Shown one piece after another: positions 25,701 through 34,371 of a DNA stretch of 42,495 bases. Numbering within the stretch: position 1 is the first letter of the stretch; each line of letters starts with the position of its first letter. This DNA comes from a virus (Duplodnaviria; Caudoviricetes): IMG/VR virus record IMGVR_UViG_3300016478_000186, positions 1 to 42,495 of that record; one strand, 5' to 3'. Below the pieces are notes generated by a model. That model saw only the letters and a list, made by a program, of their open reading frames with translations. It did not search any database and had not been told where the DNA came from. Position numbers and translations under genes: made by a program.

Positions 25701-28284
25701 TGCTGGCCCATCCAAGGTCACCGCCGAGCTGTTCCACAACACCTCGGAGGGGCATAACAAGTTCTGGGCCGTGTCGGTCAACGGCAACGTAGTGAAGACC
25801 ACCTACGGCAAGATCGGCTCGAAAGGGCAGACCACCGAGAAGGTGTTCGGCTCCAAGGCCGAGGCGCAGTCGCACGCCACCACGCTGATGCTGCAGAAGC
25901 ACAAGGGCGGTTACGTGCCGGCCGGCAAGACCGAGCACGAGTATGCCGCGCCTGCTGCCGAGCAGGGCCCGAAAGATGGCGACACCAAGCAGGGCGCCGA
26001 CGGCATGCTGGTGTTCACGGATGGGCGCTGGCACAAACTGTCGGAGAAGGCCAAGGCGGCGATCGATTCCCTATCGCTTGATGACCTTAAGGAATTTGCT
26101 GACACACCGGGAATGCCGGTTGCGCAAAACGCCTACATCAAGGCGAAGTTGGCGGGCGCCGAACCCATGGACTCCTGGCAGCAGACCGGCGGCGAGGAGT
26201 CCGATGCCTGGGCGTTCACCGAGAAGGACCCGAGCTTCAGTGGCGTCAACACGCTGATGGCGGATATGGACGGCCTTTCCGTCTATATCGCCTACGAGCC
26301 TGAGTCGGCAACCTTCGAGGTGGGCCAGATTCATCCTGGCGCCGACGAGCCGGAGGCCGATCACTTCAGTGACCCGAAGAAGGCACTCGACTACCTGGCC
26401 AGCATGTACGGCGCCTCGGTCGAAATGCCGAGCCTGGGCCAGGTGGAGAAGCTGACTGGCAAGGTCAGCGGCGCGACCTACTCGCCCAAGGTTCCGACCC
26501 CTGACAACTACGTGCCTTCGTCCGGTACCGGCTACGAAGCCATGGATGGGTGGAAGCAGACCGGCCCGCAGGGCGGCTCGAACCCGGGCGGCCGGTTCCG
26601 CGACGAGTTCGGCGTGGAGTGGTACTGCAAATTCCCGGCGGACGAGGATATCGCCAAGTCCGAGGTTCTGGCTGCCAAGCTGTACGCTGCTCTGGGCGTC
26701 TCGGGGCAGGATTGCAAGCTGGTGACCAAGGGCGGAAAGGTCGGCATTGCCTCGCGCTGGATCGATGTGAAGAAGGGCACTGCTGCCCAGCTCGCCAAGC
26801 TGGACGGCACCGCCTCTGGCTTCGCTGCTGATGCGTGGCTGGCAAACCATGACGTTGTCGGTCTGGCCTTCGACAACCTGCAGATCGGTCCCGACGGCAA
26901 GGCTCACCGCGTCGATGCTGGTGGCTCGCTGCAGTACCGGGCCCAGGGCGGAAAGAAGGCGTTCGGTCCTACCGTGTCCGAGATAGATTCCCTGCGCGAC
27001 CCGGCGATCAACTCCAAGTCTGCGGCCGTGTTCGGCAAGATGACTGAGGCCGACATCACCGCCTCGGTGGCAAAGGTGCTGGCGCTGCCTGACTCGGCGA
27101 TCACCAACCTGGTGAACCAGTACGGCCCTGGCTCCGATGCGGACAAGCTGGCGCTGGCGCAGACCCTGATCGCGCGCAAGGCTGACCTGGCTAAGAAGTA
27201 CCCGAAGGCGGCCAAGGCACCGAAGAAGCGGCTCGACCCCACCAACCTGCCGGTGGATGCCGCGATGCTGCCGAAGCCGCACGACTTTGAAAACTGGAAT
27301 GGTCCGGGCCAAGGCCTGAGCTCGAAGGCGCACGTTAACAAGGCAAACGCGGCGATCGAGTACCAGATTCTGGGCGTGGCGCAGATGGGCAACCTGCCGA
27401 AGCTGCAGGCCTTCGAATATGCCCAGATCGACAAGGAAACGGGCCAGCCGAACGGCAAGATGCTGCCGATCGCCAACCACCCGTCGAAGCATGTCGTTCA
27501 GTACCATGCCGACCTGGTGACCATGCTCGACGAAATGGCAAACCCGCCGGAGCCGCTGAAGGTCTTCCAAGAGACTGATATCAGCACGCTGGAGCAGCTG
27601 TCCGCGTCGCTGCCGCCGAAGAAGTTCGGTACCACCGTCGACTCGGTGAAGTCCAACGAGAAGCTGGGCTTCTGGGTGGTGCTCGGCGTGGCTCCTGGCG
27701 CGGTCAACCTGGCGCCTAAGAAGTTCATGGCCTACAGCCAGGCCGCTATCGCCGCCGGCTACGAGAAGTACAAGCAGGGCACCAGCCTGGCGAAGCACTT
27801 TATCAAGTCGGTGCAGGCCTCCGGCTCGTATAACGACCTGTTCCGCAACGGCAAGAAAACCGACCACTCTGGAAACCTGTTGTCCGATGTGGCCAAGGCC
27901 GCGCTGCAGCATGCGACCACTCAGCCGGAGGGGACCTCGCTGTACCGCTGGCAGAAGATGACCGATGCCATGGTGCAGAAGATCATGGCCGCGCCGGAGG
28001 GTACCGTCTTCCAGGCTACCGGCCCGATGTGCACTTCCTACGACCCGACCGCGACGAAGCACTTCGGTACCCACCGGGTAACGGTTCGCTACGCCAAGGG
28101 CGCGAAGGCTGTCGAATCCTTCGGATCGAATGGCTATCAGTCGGAGAAGGAGGTAACCACCCTGCCAAACTCTCGGTTTGTCATCCTGAAGCGCAACATG
28201 GTACCGGATGTGGAGCACGGCAATCCGCACAAGACCCGCCTGGAGCTCGAGGTGTTGATGCTTCCGCCGGACCTTGGACTGTGA
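22723..28284 (+). CDS. giant polyvalent protein: two ADP-ribosyltransferase-like domains, WGR domain, HipA/PI-kinase-like domain
   Basis: YHG...FFT...Y...GFDG...VVF (ART-like, about 23590-23980); HNKFWAV...TYGKIGSKGQ (WGR, about 25730-25920); GGSNPGG...YCK...EVLAAKLY...NHD...DN...RVDAG (kinase-like, about 26570-26950); LYR...CTS...EKE (R-S-E ART, about 27940-28260). Confidence 0.82.
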   Translation: MTTPIPSAALLGNKRLLLVKSTASAVEAELLKATVSKTIVVPAYTRKDGVVVPAHTKVVHYDPSKDVADVLSGKGSHSQKQAHKKLSKLGHWESLEDSHKLAHILSSATNIQQKASASAAVSGWKASMLAGKKPTASQQAAFDALPADKQAALQAEVGKPVTAPVAAPVTEPVAAAPAYQPVPSALGGLGNEGPVIHVDAPDYAAVEKALGLEPGSLEGEDSTTYTIKNAAGQTFSVYKHGGGLSVRTSGANKDTSSALALADHLALIGKPAEASPAAVPLVTGADGQPKVFYHGGTGSVDSADLKPLTFFTSDKETALSYVGNNSEDEKLHAVHLAIGKVATPDDVKAAANKVGLTGDDVGVDEEYHAGYEYLSPHLNPHVEKVLAELKKQGFDGAHFPTDFKLSGELMPGGSWVVFGKGQVVPASGDHGLQGVGSWAHLSQYKSQHPMFITAQAKAWLADNPGKGAELSSTLVDLGHLDIAKKLGVYTPPSWASPQEKAAAAGPKEGDTKPAADGGTLVLKDGHWVKQGGEAPKAKQPASLAMPAFEEGKEKAGVKAHYEKVGQKVLDLASAGDAAGLEKLKADGLKPNSKGKVGNTWKGKTQNSKLLLALHDQALAHTKGNTTADQPAQAVSAEPVPAPAAPAAEASPIAASKLTQIPWDAQLLPDANSNAKSHNGQVAKIKAMAEAGDVAGLQAYVDAKAGAKQTYAKKQHLLAATALAALKEDGAPAAPEANPLAGVSAAEAIAKNPHMPQLKLKELWIDANADKVGAQAEWAMAVNPAPAKPARLAESQKKMIDDIATWPDAKYHLANIVGGGNPAAAAYAQQLLDAKKATVAVDKPKPPTGIEEHSEAGAYLADAAYGLEHKDLPTLQDVITALQGDMPAPGSDADKVLQFAKNAYKHVAGAAPATSKPADPTVAELAPMMEAVNSAGSAEGAKKAALRYLNAFPDSQLAINQVHDALVNAGHAAMAAAFAKDGKSGLEAFKPAAPAGPSKVTAELFHNTSEGHNKFWAVSVNGNVVKTTYGKIGSKGQTTEKVFGSKAEAQSHATTLMLQKHKGGYVPAGKTEHEYAAPAAEQGPKDGDTKQGADGMLVFTDGRWHKLSEKAKAAIDSLSLDDLKEFADTPGMPVAQNAYIKAKLAGAEPMDSWQQTGGEESDAWAFTEKDPSFSGVNTLMADMDGLSVYIAYEPESATFEVGQIHPGADEPEADHFSDPKKALDYLASMYGASVEMPSLGQVEKLTGKVSGATYSPKVPTPDNYVPSSGTGYEAMDGWKQTGPQGGSNPGGRFRDEFGVEWYCKFPADEDIAKSEVLAAKLYAALGVSGQDCKLVTKGGKVGIASRWIDVKKGTAAQLAKLDGTASGFAADAWLANHDVVGLAFDNLQIGPDGKAHRVDAGGSLQYRAQGGKKAFGPTVSEIDSLRDPAINSKSAAVFGKMTEADITASVAKVLALPDSAITNLVNQYGPGSDADKLALAQTLIARKADLAKKYPKAAKAPKKRLDPTNLPVDAAMLPKPHDFENWNGPGQGLSSKAHVNKANAAIEYQILGVAQMGNLPKLQAFEYAQIDKETGQPNGKMLPIANHPSKHVVQYHADLVTMLDEMANPPEPLKVFQETDISTLEQLSASLPPKKFGTTVDSVKSNEKLGFWVVLGVAPGAVNLAPKKFMAYSQAAIAAGYEKYKQGTSLAKHFIKSVQASGSYNDLFRNGKKTDHSGNLLSDVAKAALQHATTQPEGTSLYRWQKMTDAMVQKIMAAPEGTVFQATGPMCTSYDPTATKHFGTHRVTVRYAKGAKAVESFGSNGYQSEKEVTTLPNSRFVILKRNMVPDVEHGNPHKTRLELEVLMLPPDLGL

Positions 28285-28293
28285 TGCTATGCT
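28278..28293 (+). promoter_or_regulatory. putative phage late promoter motif (variant)
   Basis: ACTGTGATGCTATGCT, near-identical to the 21743 box. Confidence 0.45.
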
Positions 28294-28316
28294 GTGCCGA
28301 CACTTGAGGATCTGTA

Positions 28317-28814
28317 ATGTCTGACCCGCGTGAAATCGAAGACTCCCCAGAGCGCGCTGCTGATCGTGGCCGGCAGGAGGACCTGGGCTTTAGCATGGAC
28401 TCCCGGCCGTCGCTGGGTAATCGGGACGTCGTCCGCGCCCTGGTGTCGGAGTTCGCCACCCGGATCGTCAACCTGCGCAAGGACTACAACCTCGACAAGC
28501 TGACGGGCGAGCAGGCGCAGGCCAAGGTCCGCGAGCTCGCCCGGGAGTATGGCGATGTGATCATGGGGCGCGACCTCAGCTATTTCGCGCTGCCCTGGAA
28601 CAACGAGCATCGGCTGGGGCTGCGGATCCGCATGGTGGTACCGGCTATCGATGGCGTCACCGACCCTGGCGAGCTGTTGTTCCTCACCGTTGGTACCTCG
28701 CTCATGTCGATCGCCAAGGCGCACGAAGAGGGGCGCTTGCCTGATGCTGATGGCGAGAAGCACACGCAGGCCATGCTCGCCGACACCGCTGACCTGATCG
28801 TGGGTATCCGCTGA
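28317..28814 (+). CDS. hypothetical protein
   Basis: GAGGA RBS; coupled (TGATG) to the Nudix gene. Confidence 0.75.
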   Translation: MSDPREIEDSPERAADRGRQEDLGFSMDSRPSLGNRDVVRALVSEFATRIVNLRKDYNLDKLTGEQAQAKVRELAREYGDVIMGRDLSYFALPWNNEHRLGLRIRMVVPAIDGVTDPGELLFLTVGTSLMSIAKAHEEGRLPDADGEKHTQAMLADTADLIVGIR

Positions 28815-29641
28815 TGGCTGATGATCTGCTCGACCTCGTGAAGGGCCACGTTAAAGGCTACAGCCGGCGCGATGGCACCTATGTGAAGCCTCACGACCGC
28901 GACACGGGCCCTCTGGCGCATGCTGAGCCGCATTACGCTGCTCCGGTGCACCACCACCCCCGTTCGAGCGATGACGGGGCTCCTGTGGTCATCAAGACCC
29001 CTTCGCACGCCAGCGCTCCCAGCACTTGGCACAACCCGGATGCGGTGGCCACCTTTGTGCCTGACGGCGATGTGCCGCTTTCGCTGAACGGCATTGCCCT
29101 GCGCGCCTGGCGTGACCACCCGACGACCGCCGAGGGCTGGGATTTTGTCGACGGCGTCGATGACAACCTGGCTGAGCCTCCGTTCGTGCTGCCGCCCGGC
29201 AAAAAGGCTGCAGCAGGCGTGCTTATCGAGGAGTCGGATGGGCGTGTCTGGCTGGTGGCGCCGACCAACCAGTTCGGTGGGTACCAGGCCAGCTTCCCGA
29301 AGGGCACGGCTGAGCCTGACCTTTCCTTGCAGGCCACGGCCATCAAGGAGTGCTTCGAGGAGACGGGCCTGCAGGTGAAGATCACCGGCTTTGCTGGCGA
29401 CTTCGAGCGCACCACTTCGAAGGTCCGCATGTACAAGGCCCGGCGCGTCGGCGGCCTGCCTACCGCGATGGGCTGGGAAAGCCAGGCCGTGCACCTGGTG
29501 CCCAAGGGCATGCTCTACGACCACCTGAATCTCTGGCCTGATCACCCGATCGCCGAGGCTATTGGTGCTGGTCCCGCTCCGAAGAAGCCAGAAACGCCAG
29601 CCTTCTGGAAGAATAGCGGGAGTCAAAAAACGCTGTTCTGA
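28814..29641 (+). CDS. Nudix hydrolase with N-terminal YSRxDG motif
   Basis: 'FPKGTAEPDLSLQATAIKECFEETGL' Nudix box (first Glu replaced); N-terminus 'LVKGHVKGYSRRDGTYVKPH'. Confidence 0.85.
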   Translation: MADDLLDLVKGHVKGYSRRDGTYVKPHDRDTGPLAHAEPHYAAPVHHHPRSSDDGAPVVIKTPSHASAPSTWHNPDAVATFVPDGDVPLSLNGIALRAWRDHPTTAEGWDFVDGVDDNLAEPPFVLPPGKKAAAGVLIEESDGRVWLVAPTNQFGGYQASFPKGTAEPDLSLQATAIKECFEETGLQVKITGFAGDFERTTSKVRMYKARRVGGLPTAMGWESQAVHLVPKGMLYDHLNLWPDHPIAEAIGAGPAPKKPETPAFWKNSGSQKTLF

Positions 29642-29715
29642 ACGGGCTTTGCTTGCAGTGCGGATCAATTCTGAGCTAACGTCACCCTCGTTACTTCAAC
29701 GACGAAGGTTTTCTC

Positions 29716-30066
29716 ATGTGGATCTGCTTAAGTGATGCGTTTCTGTCGATCGTAGAGCCTGCGCCAGGCTCCGATACTCTGCTGGTTCGTGCTCGCCGTG
29801 ATGGTGACATTGAACGCGTCTTTACCAGTGCGGTTGTAAAGAAAACTCCTGGTCGCGATTACCTATTCCGAGCCATTATCCCCCGAGAGCAGGTGGCATC
29901 TGTGATCGGCCAGCATGTGGCTGGCATCGGTTATCAGAATTTCAAGTCGTCGGTTTCCGATAACCGCCTGCACGACGCTTTCGCCGGCTTCTGGTCGATC
30001 ATGTCGCGCCTGCAGCCCATTCCGCCGTACTCTCGTGGCCGTGGTCGCCAGGGTGATCTGCTGTGA
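29716..30066 (+). CDS. hypothetical phage protein
   Basis: MWICLSDAFLSIV...LLVRARR...DYLFRA...Y.NFK; AAGG RBS. Confidence 0.75.
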   Translation: MWICLSDAFLSIVEPAPGSDTLLVRARRDGDIERVFTSAVVKKTPGRDYLFRAIIPREQVASVIGQHVAGIGYQNFKSSVSDNRLHDAFAGFWSIMSRLQPIPPYSRGRGRQGDLL

Positions 30067-30521
30067 AGCTGAATACCGAGGTGCGCGAGTGCGTGGGCGG
30101 CTACCGCCTGGAGTTCGAAGGGCTGTCGAATGTGCCCGGCTACAGCGTGGGCTTTGTCGCCTACCAGCGCGATAAACACCCGTCTTATGGCGGCGAGATT
30201 TCGCAGGAGCAGGCTCGTTACAACGCCGAGCGTGTTGTGCTGGCCTGGAATGCCTTCGAAGGCATACCGAACCACCTGATTGCTTCTATGCCGGGCCCGG
30301 TCGGTGAGCTGGCCTGCCTGCATGCTGATGTGGTGGACAAGGTGAGGACGCTGGTTCTGCAGCAGGCGCACCTCTTGTCCGTGCTGCAGGCGATCGCCGA
30401 TGACGACTACGATGCCCCGCATGATGCAACCGATTCGGAAATTTCCCGCAACAAGGGACTGTTGATCGCGCGCATCCGCAAGCTGGCCGGCGCTGCGGTC
30501 GCTGGTGCTTCTGGCAACTAA
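30063..30521 (+). CDS. hypothetical protein
   Basis: GTGA overlap; 'NAERVVLAWNAFEGI' is a phage-typical motif. Confidence 0.7.
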   Translation: MKLNTEVRECVGGYRLEFEGLSNVPGYSVGFVAYQRDKHPSYGGEISQEQARYNAERVVLAWNAFEGIPNHLIASMPGPVGELACLHADVVDKVRTLVLQQAHLLSVLQAIADDDYDAPHDATDSEISRNKGLLIARIRKLAGAAVAGASGN

Positions 30522-30560
30522 CTGAACTGCTGCCGGGCGCTGCTCGGCAAGGATTGAAAG

Positions 30561-31193
30561 GTGGATTTTAAGCAAGCTCTGCAGGTGATGCAGCATCATG
30601 TGGTGGAAGACGAACGCCGCCCCATGAAGATGGTAGTGGTGGTCAATGACCCTGGCCGCATCGGCGGCACACCCTGCGTGGATGTCGAGACTGTTGCTGC
30701 TGGTTTCGATTGGGACTCGGGTAAGATGATGATTTTCCCGTCCAAGTCGCTCACCGCGCTAACCCCGGCCCAGGTCGAGGAAATCAGAAAAAGCGCCGCC
30801 GGCGGCCAGAGCTGGCACGCCTTGCAGGTCTACAATAAGTACCAGGAGCAGCTGAAGGCGGCCGAGGGTCAGCGCGACCTTCTGCTGGCAGCCCTGTGCG
30901 AGGTGGAGCGCGATATCGAGCACTTGCGGCTGAACCACTTCGTCAATCTTGAAAAGGTCAGCGACGAGCTCGCTGCAGCGAAGGCCGGCATTGACACTCG
31001 GCCGCGCTACACCAGCGTCAGCAAGGGCGGCAGCTATGTGAAGCTGGGCGCCATCCGCGGCGCTGGCTCGCTCAAGGGGCTATCCGGCATCGCCTACCAG
31101 AATGAGAGGGGCGACCTGTTCATCCGTGAGCCGGAGTGCTTCGCGAAGCGCATGGTGCTGATGGGCGATCGGGATACCGGGCATAATCACTGA
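30561..31193 (+). CDS. hypothetical protein
   Basis: AAGGA RBS; long ORF in operon orientation. Confidence 0.7.
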   Translation: MDFKQALQVMQHHVVEDERRPMKMVVVVNDPGRIGGTPCVDVETVAAGFDWDSGKMMIFPSKSLTALTPAQVEEIRKSAAGGQSWHALQVYNKYQEQLKAAEGQRDLLLAALCEVERDIEHLRLNHFVNLEKVSDELAAAKAGIDTRPRYTSVSKGGSYVKLGAIRGAGSLKGLSGIAYQNERGDLFIREPECFAKRMVLMGDRDTGHNH

Positions 31194-31279
31194 TCTTCTC
31201 GCCTATGCACGGCAATCCCTCACTCACTTACAATGCGTAAAAACAGCATCAAGCCAGGGCACAACCTGGCTGGAGACCT

Positions 31280-32281
31280 ATGGATTCGACGTTTGAGATC
31301 AAGCTGGGCGACTGCCTGGAGAGCTTGCGCGCCATGCCGGATAAATCGGTGCACTGCTGCATCACCAGCCCGCCCTACTTCGGCCTGCGCGATTATGGTG
31401 TCGACGGGCAGATCGGCTTGGAGCCTACGCCGGAAGAGTTCGTGCAGGCGCTGGTCAAGGTGTTCCGCGAGGTGCGCCGCGTGCTGCGCGATGATGGGAC
31501 GCTGTGGCTGAACATTGGGGACAGCTATGCCCGAACCGGCGGCACCGACCGCAAGGTTTCTGCCAGTGCCAAGGTGGGCAGCACGCGCAACACGCTGGAG
31601 CAGATGAGCGACAGAACGAGCCGCGCCGCTTCGCTTGGCCTGAAGGATAAAGACCTGATCGGCATCCCGTGGATGCTGGCCTTCGCCCTGCGCGCCGATG
31701 GCTGGTATCTGCGCCAAGACATTATCTGGCACAAGCCGAACCCGATGCCGGAGAGCGTGCGCGACCGCTGCACGAAGGCGCATGAGTACGTGTTTCTGCT
31801 GTCGAAGGGGCCGAAGTATTACTTCGATGCGGATGCGGTTAAGGAGCCTGCCGTGTGCGACCGCATGCGCGGGCCAGCCGAGCATGCCGACAAGAAAAGC
31901 ACCAACGGCAATGGCGGTCTGAGCAGGCGCGAGCCACAGCCTTTTCGGAACCGTCGCAGCGTCTGGTCGGTAGCCACTCGCTCTTACAAGGGCGCCCACT
32001 TCGCCACGTTTCCGCCCGACCTGATCGAGCCGTGCATTTTGGCAGGCTGCCCGGCTGGCGGCACTGTGCTCGACCCGTTCGGCGGCAGCGGCACTACGGC
32101 AGGCGTCGCCTTGGCCCATGGGCGCAACGCCATACTGTGCGAGCTGAACCCGGAGTACGCCGCGCTGGTGCCGGCGCGCATCGAGAGCATCCTTGTCGGT
32201 TACGGCAAGAAGCCCAAGACCAAGCTCAAGCCCGTTTCCGCCACCAAGCAGAAGGAGCTATTCGATGGCGCTCACTGCTGA
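31280..32281 (+). CDS. N4-cytosine/N6-adenine DNA methyltransferase (beta class)
   Basis: 'TSPPYFGLRDY', 'IIWHKPNPMPESVRDR', 'HFATFP', 'LDPFGGSGTT'. Confidence 0.93.
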   Translation: MDSTFEIKLGDCLESLRAMPDKSVHCCITSPPYFGLRDYGVDGQIGLEPTPEEFVQALVKVFREVRRVLRDDGTLWLNIGDSYARTGGTDRKVSASAKVGSTRNTLEQMSDRTSRAASLGLKDKDLIGIPWMLAFALRADGWYLRQDIIWHKPNPMPESVRDRCTKAHEYVFLLSKGPKYYFDADAVKEPAVCDRMRGPAEHADKKSTNGNGGLSRREPQPFRNRRSVWSVATRSYKGAHFATFPPDLIEPCILAGCPAGGTVLDPFGGSGTTAGVALAHGRNAILCELNPEYAALVPARIESILVGYGKKPKTKLKPVSATKQKELFDGAHC

Positions 32282-32483
32282 CCAGAAGGAGGCGATCATG
32301 TCGGCGCGCGGCGAGAGTGCTGCGCCGGTCGTGAAGTCGAAGACGCGCCGGTACCAGATGGAGTTCGCCGACGGCAAGCGTGCCACTGTGCTGGATATGA
32401 ACGGCGAGGATCCGGAGGTCGCGATGGCTGGCATCACTCGCATCTTCCACCCTGGCTACGTGATTAGCATCCAGACCACCTGA
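32265..32483 (+). CDS. hypothetical protein
   Basis: AAGGAG RBS before MALTADQKE. Confidence 0.6.
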   Translation: MALTADQKEAIMSARGESAAPVVKSKTRRYQMEFADGKRATVLDMNGEDPEVAMAGITRIFHPGYVISIQTT

Positions 32484-32595
32484 TCCTGAATCAGATCACC
32501 TGTCCGCAGGATGCCCGCCGCTGCTGGCCTCCAGTCGTGACAGCAACAACCAGGGCGCACATAGGGCGCCCCAAAGCCAAGAGGGGACAAACCCG

Positions 32596-33027
32596 ATGCA
32601 ACTGAAAGTGAAACGCCTTCATCCTGCTGCGCAGCTGCCCGAGTACGCCACGCCTGGCGCGGCCTGCTTCGACCTGCGCGCCATCACCGGCGGCATTGCG
32701 AGCGACGGCATGCCGCTGGCGATCGCCACCGGCCTCGCGTTCGAGGTGCCAGCTGGCTTCGCCATGCTGATCTTCAGTCGCAGCGGTCACGGCTTCAAGA
32801 ACAACACCCGTCTGGCGAACTGTGTCGGCGTGATCGATAGCGACTACCGCGGTGAGGTCATGGTGAAGCTGACCGTTGACTCGCCCGGCGGCCTGACCAT
32901 CGACGCAGGCGATCGCATCGCCCAGGCCGGCCTCGTCCGCATGGAGCAGGTCGAGCTGCTGCTGGCCGACGAGCTCTCCGAGACTGAGCGCGGTGCTGGC
33001 GGCTTCGGCTCGACCGGTAACAACTGA
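32596..33027 (+). CDS. dut: dUTP diphosphatase
   Basis: 'AACFDL', 'SRSG', 'GVIDSDYRGE', 'DRIAQ', 'RGAGGFGSTG' (five trimeric dUTPase motifs). Confidence 0.96.
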   Translation: MQLKVKRLHPAAQLPEYATPGAACFDLRAITGGIASDGMPLAIATGLAFEVPAGFAMLIFSRSGHGFKNNTRLANCVGVIDSDYRGEVMVKLTVDSPGGLTIDAGDRIAQAGLVRMEQVELLLADELSETERGAGGFGSTGNN

Positions 33028-33071
33028 CCCACTACCCGGGCGCCCGTGCGGCGCCCTTCGAGGACTTTTCC

Positions 33072-33500
33072 ATGACCAAAGAAGAATTGGCAGCGCGCCT
33101 GACCGGCCGCGAGTATCTCGACGAGATCACTGCTGCAGAGGAAACCGAAGCACGGGCCGCCGGCCTGGTGGTGGTCTTCGGCGCCAGCGATGACCTGATG
33201 GAGTTCCGCGGCTCCATCCATGACGAGTTCGGCTGCTACAACGGCGGGGTGGCCCTGGTCGACGCCAATGGCCTGATCGACCGCGCCCAGATCGACGATG
33301 ACGACGACGAAGCCATTGCCGACTTCGTATCCCGCAAGAAGAAGGCCAGCACCATCGAGGCGCTCTGGGCTGACGAGGGTAGCTACAGCTGGACGTACAA
33401 GACCGACATTCCGCACGCGACCTTCGAGGTGGTGGAGGATGGCGAGCCGTACTGCCGCGGTATTGTGTTCTCCCTGGCGGACATTGGGGGTGCGGCATGA
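33072..33500 (+). CDS. conserved acidic phage protein
   Basis: 'GLVVVFGASDDLMEFRG..DE', 'WTYKTDIPHATF'; GAGGA RBS. Confidence 0.78.
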   Translation: MTKEELAARLTGREYLDEITAAEETEARAAGLVVVFGASDDLMEFRGSIHDEFGCYNGGVALVDANGLIDRAQIDDDDDEAIADFVSRKKKASTIEALWADEGSYSWTYKTDIPHATFEVVEDGEPYCRGIVFSLADIGGAA

Positions 33501-34027
33501 GCATCGATCTGCGCGGCCATATCCTGAACCAGCGCCAGCTGGACGTCATCACGCCGGTGCTGAACGACTACATGCACGGCAAGATCAAGGGGCAGAAGAA
33601 GCTGGAGGACGCCATGGTCGCCGCCCTGGAGCAGGCCGGCTGCCCGCTGGGCTACGACACCAGCATGCCGGGCGCCGAGTCGACGGTGCACGATCGCGCG
33701 GTGGCCTGGATCCGCGATGGCCGGGTCGGCCTGTCCTCTCGCGCCATCCACGACCACATGCTCGGCCTCAAGGCGAAGGAGGGGTGGAGCCATCCGTGGG
33801 ATCCTGACGACCTGAATCGCTGCCTGCTGCTGCTCGACTTGATCCCCGAGTGGAAGCCGCGCATGCCGGAAATGGCGCAGCGCAGCAAGGCTTGGGCCGG
33901 CCTGGTCGAGCGCTGGGATGAGATCGTCGCGACCTTCCTCGAGGAGGTCGGGCTGAACTGGACCAAGGGCAAAAGCGCGCCTCGCACCTATGCCCTGATG
34001 AAGCAGGCTCTGGGGCGTGACGCATGA
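33497..34027 (+). CDS. hypothetical phage protein
   Basis: 'G.SS.AI...HPWDPDDLNRCLLLL..IPEW' motif; ATGA overlap. Confidence 0.78.
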   Translation: MSIDLRGHILNQRQLDVITPVLNDYMHGKIKGQKKLEDAMVAALEQAGCPLGYDTSMPGAESTVHDRAVAWIRDGRVGLSSRAIHDHMLGLKAKEGWSHPWDPDDLNRCLLLLDLIPEWKPRMPEMAQRSKAWAGLVERWDEIVATFLEEVGLNWTKGKSAPRTYALMKQALGRDA

Positions 34028-34326
34028 GCGAACTGGTCTGGCGGCCATGCCCTCCGTCGGCTGACGAGGTTCGCCGATCGGAGGAGTATTTCTGGGTCCG
34101 CGGCGGCAACTTCAACCGCCCGGTAATGGTGCGAGCCAACGCCGGCGCGCGCTCAGAGCCTGCTCCAACGCCAGAGGAGCCGCGTAAGCGTCGCTTCTGG
34201 GGCGAGCTGAACTTCCAGTTCTTCTGTGACGGCTATCCTGACCACATCTGGTCTGGCGAACTTCACCAGTACCTGGGCTTGCAACGTCTCGAGTGGGCAG
34301 GGCCAGTGCCTCGACCGCCTGAGTGA
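34024..34326 (+). CDS. hypothetical protein
   Basis: ATGA overlap; followed by a terminator. Confidence 0.65.
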   Translation: MSELVWRPCPPSADEVRRSEEYFWVRGGNFNRPVMVRANAGARSEPAPTPEEPRKRRFWGELNFQFFCDGYPDHIWSGELHQYLGLQRLEWAGPVPRPPE

Positions 34327-34330
34327 CCAC

Positions 34331-34352
34331 ACCCCGCTTCGGCGGGGTTTTT
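34331..34352 (+). terminator. intrinsic terminator
   Basis: ACCCCGC-TTCG-GCGGGGT-TTTT. Confidence 0.88.
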
Positions 34353-34371
34353 ACTGGTAGAATCTCAGCTC

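Noticed and set aside
26071-28230. 719-aa minus-strand ORF and other long antisense ORFs (e.g. 34112-35782, 37885-39420, 19676-20713)
   Set aside because: Shadow ORFs opposite well-supported genes, expected in GC-rich DNA with strong codon bias; no motifs
19595-32281. Restriction-modification system
   Set aside because: Both methyltransferases are orphan types common in phages; no cognate restriction enzyme is recognisable next to either
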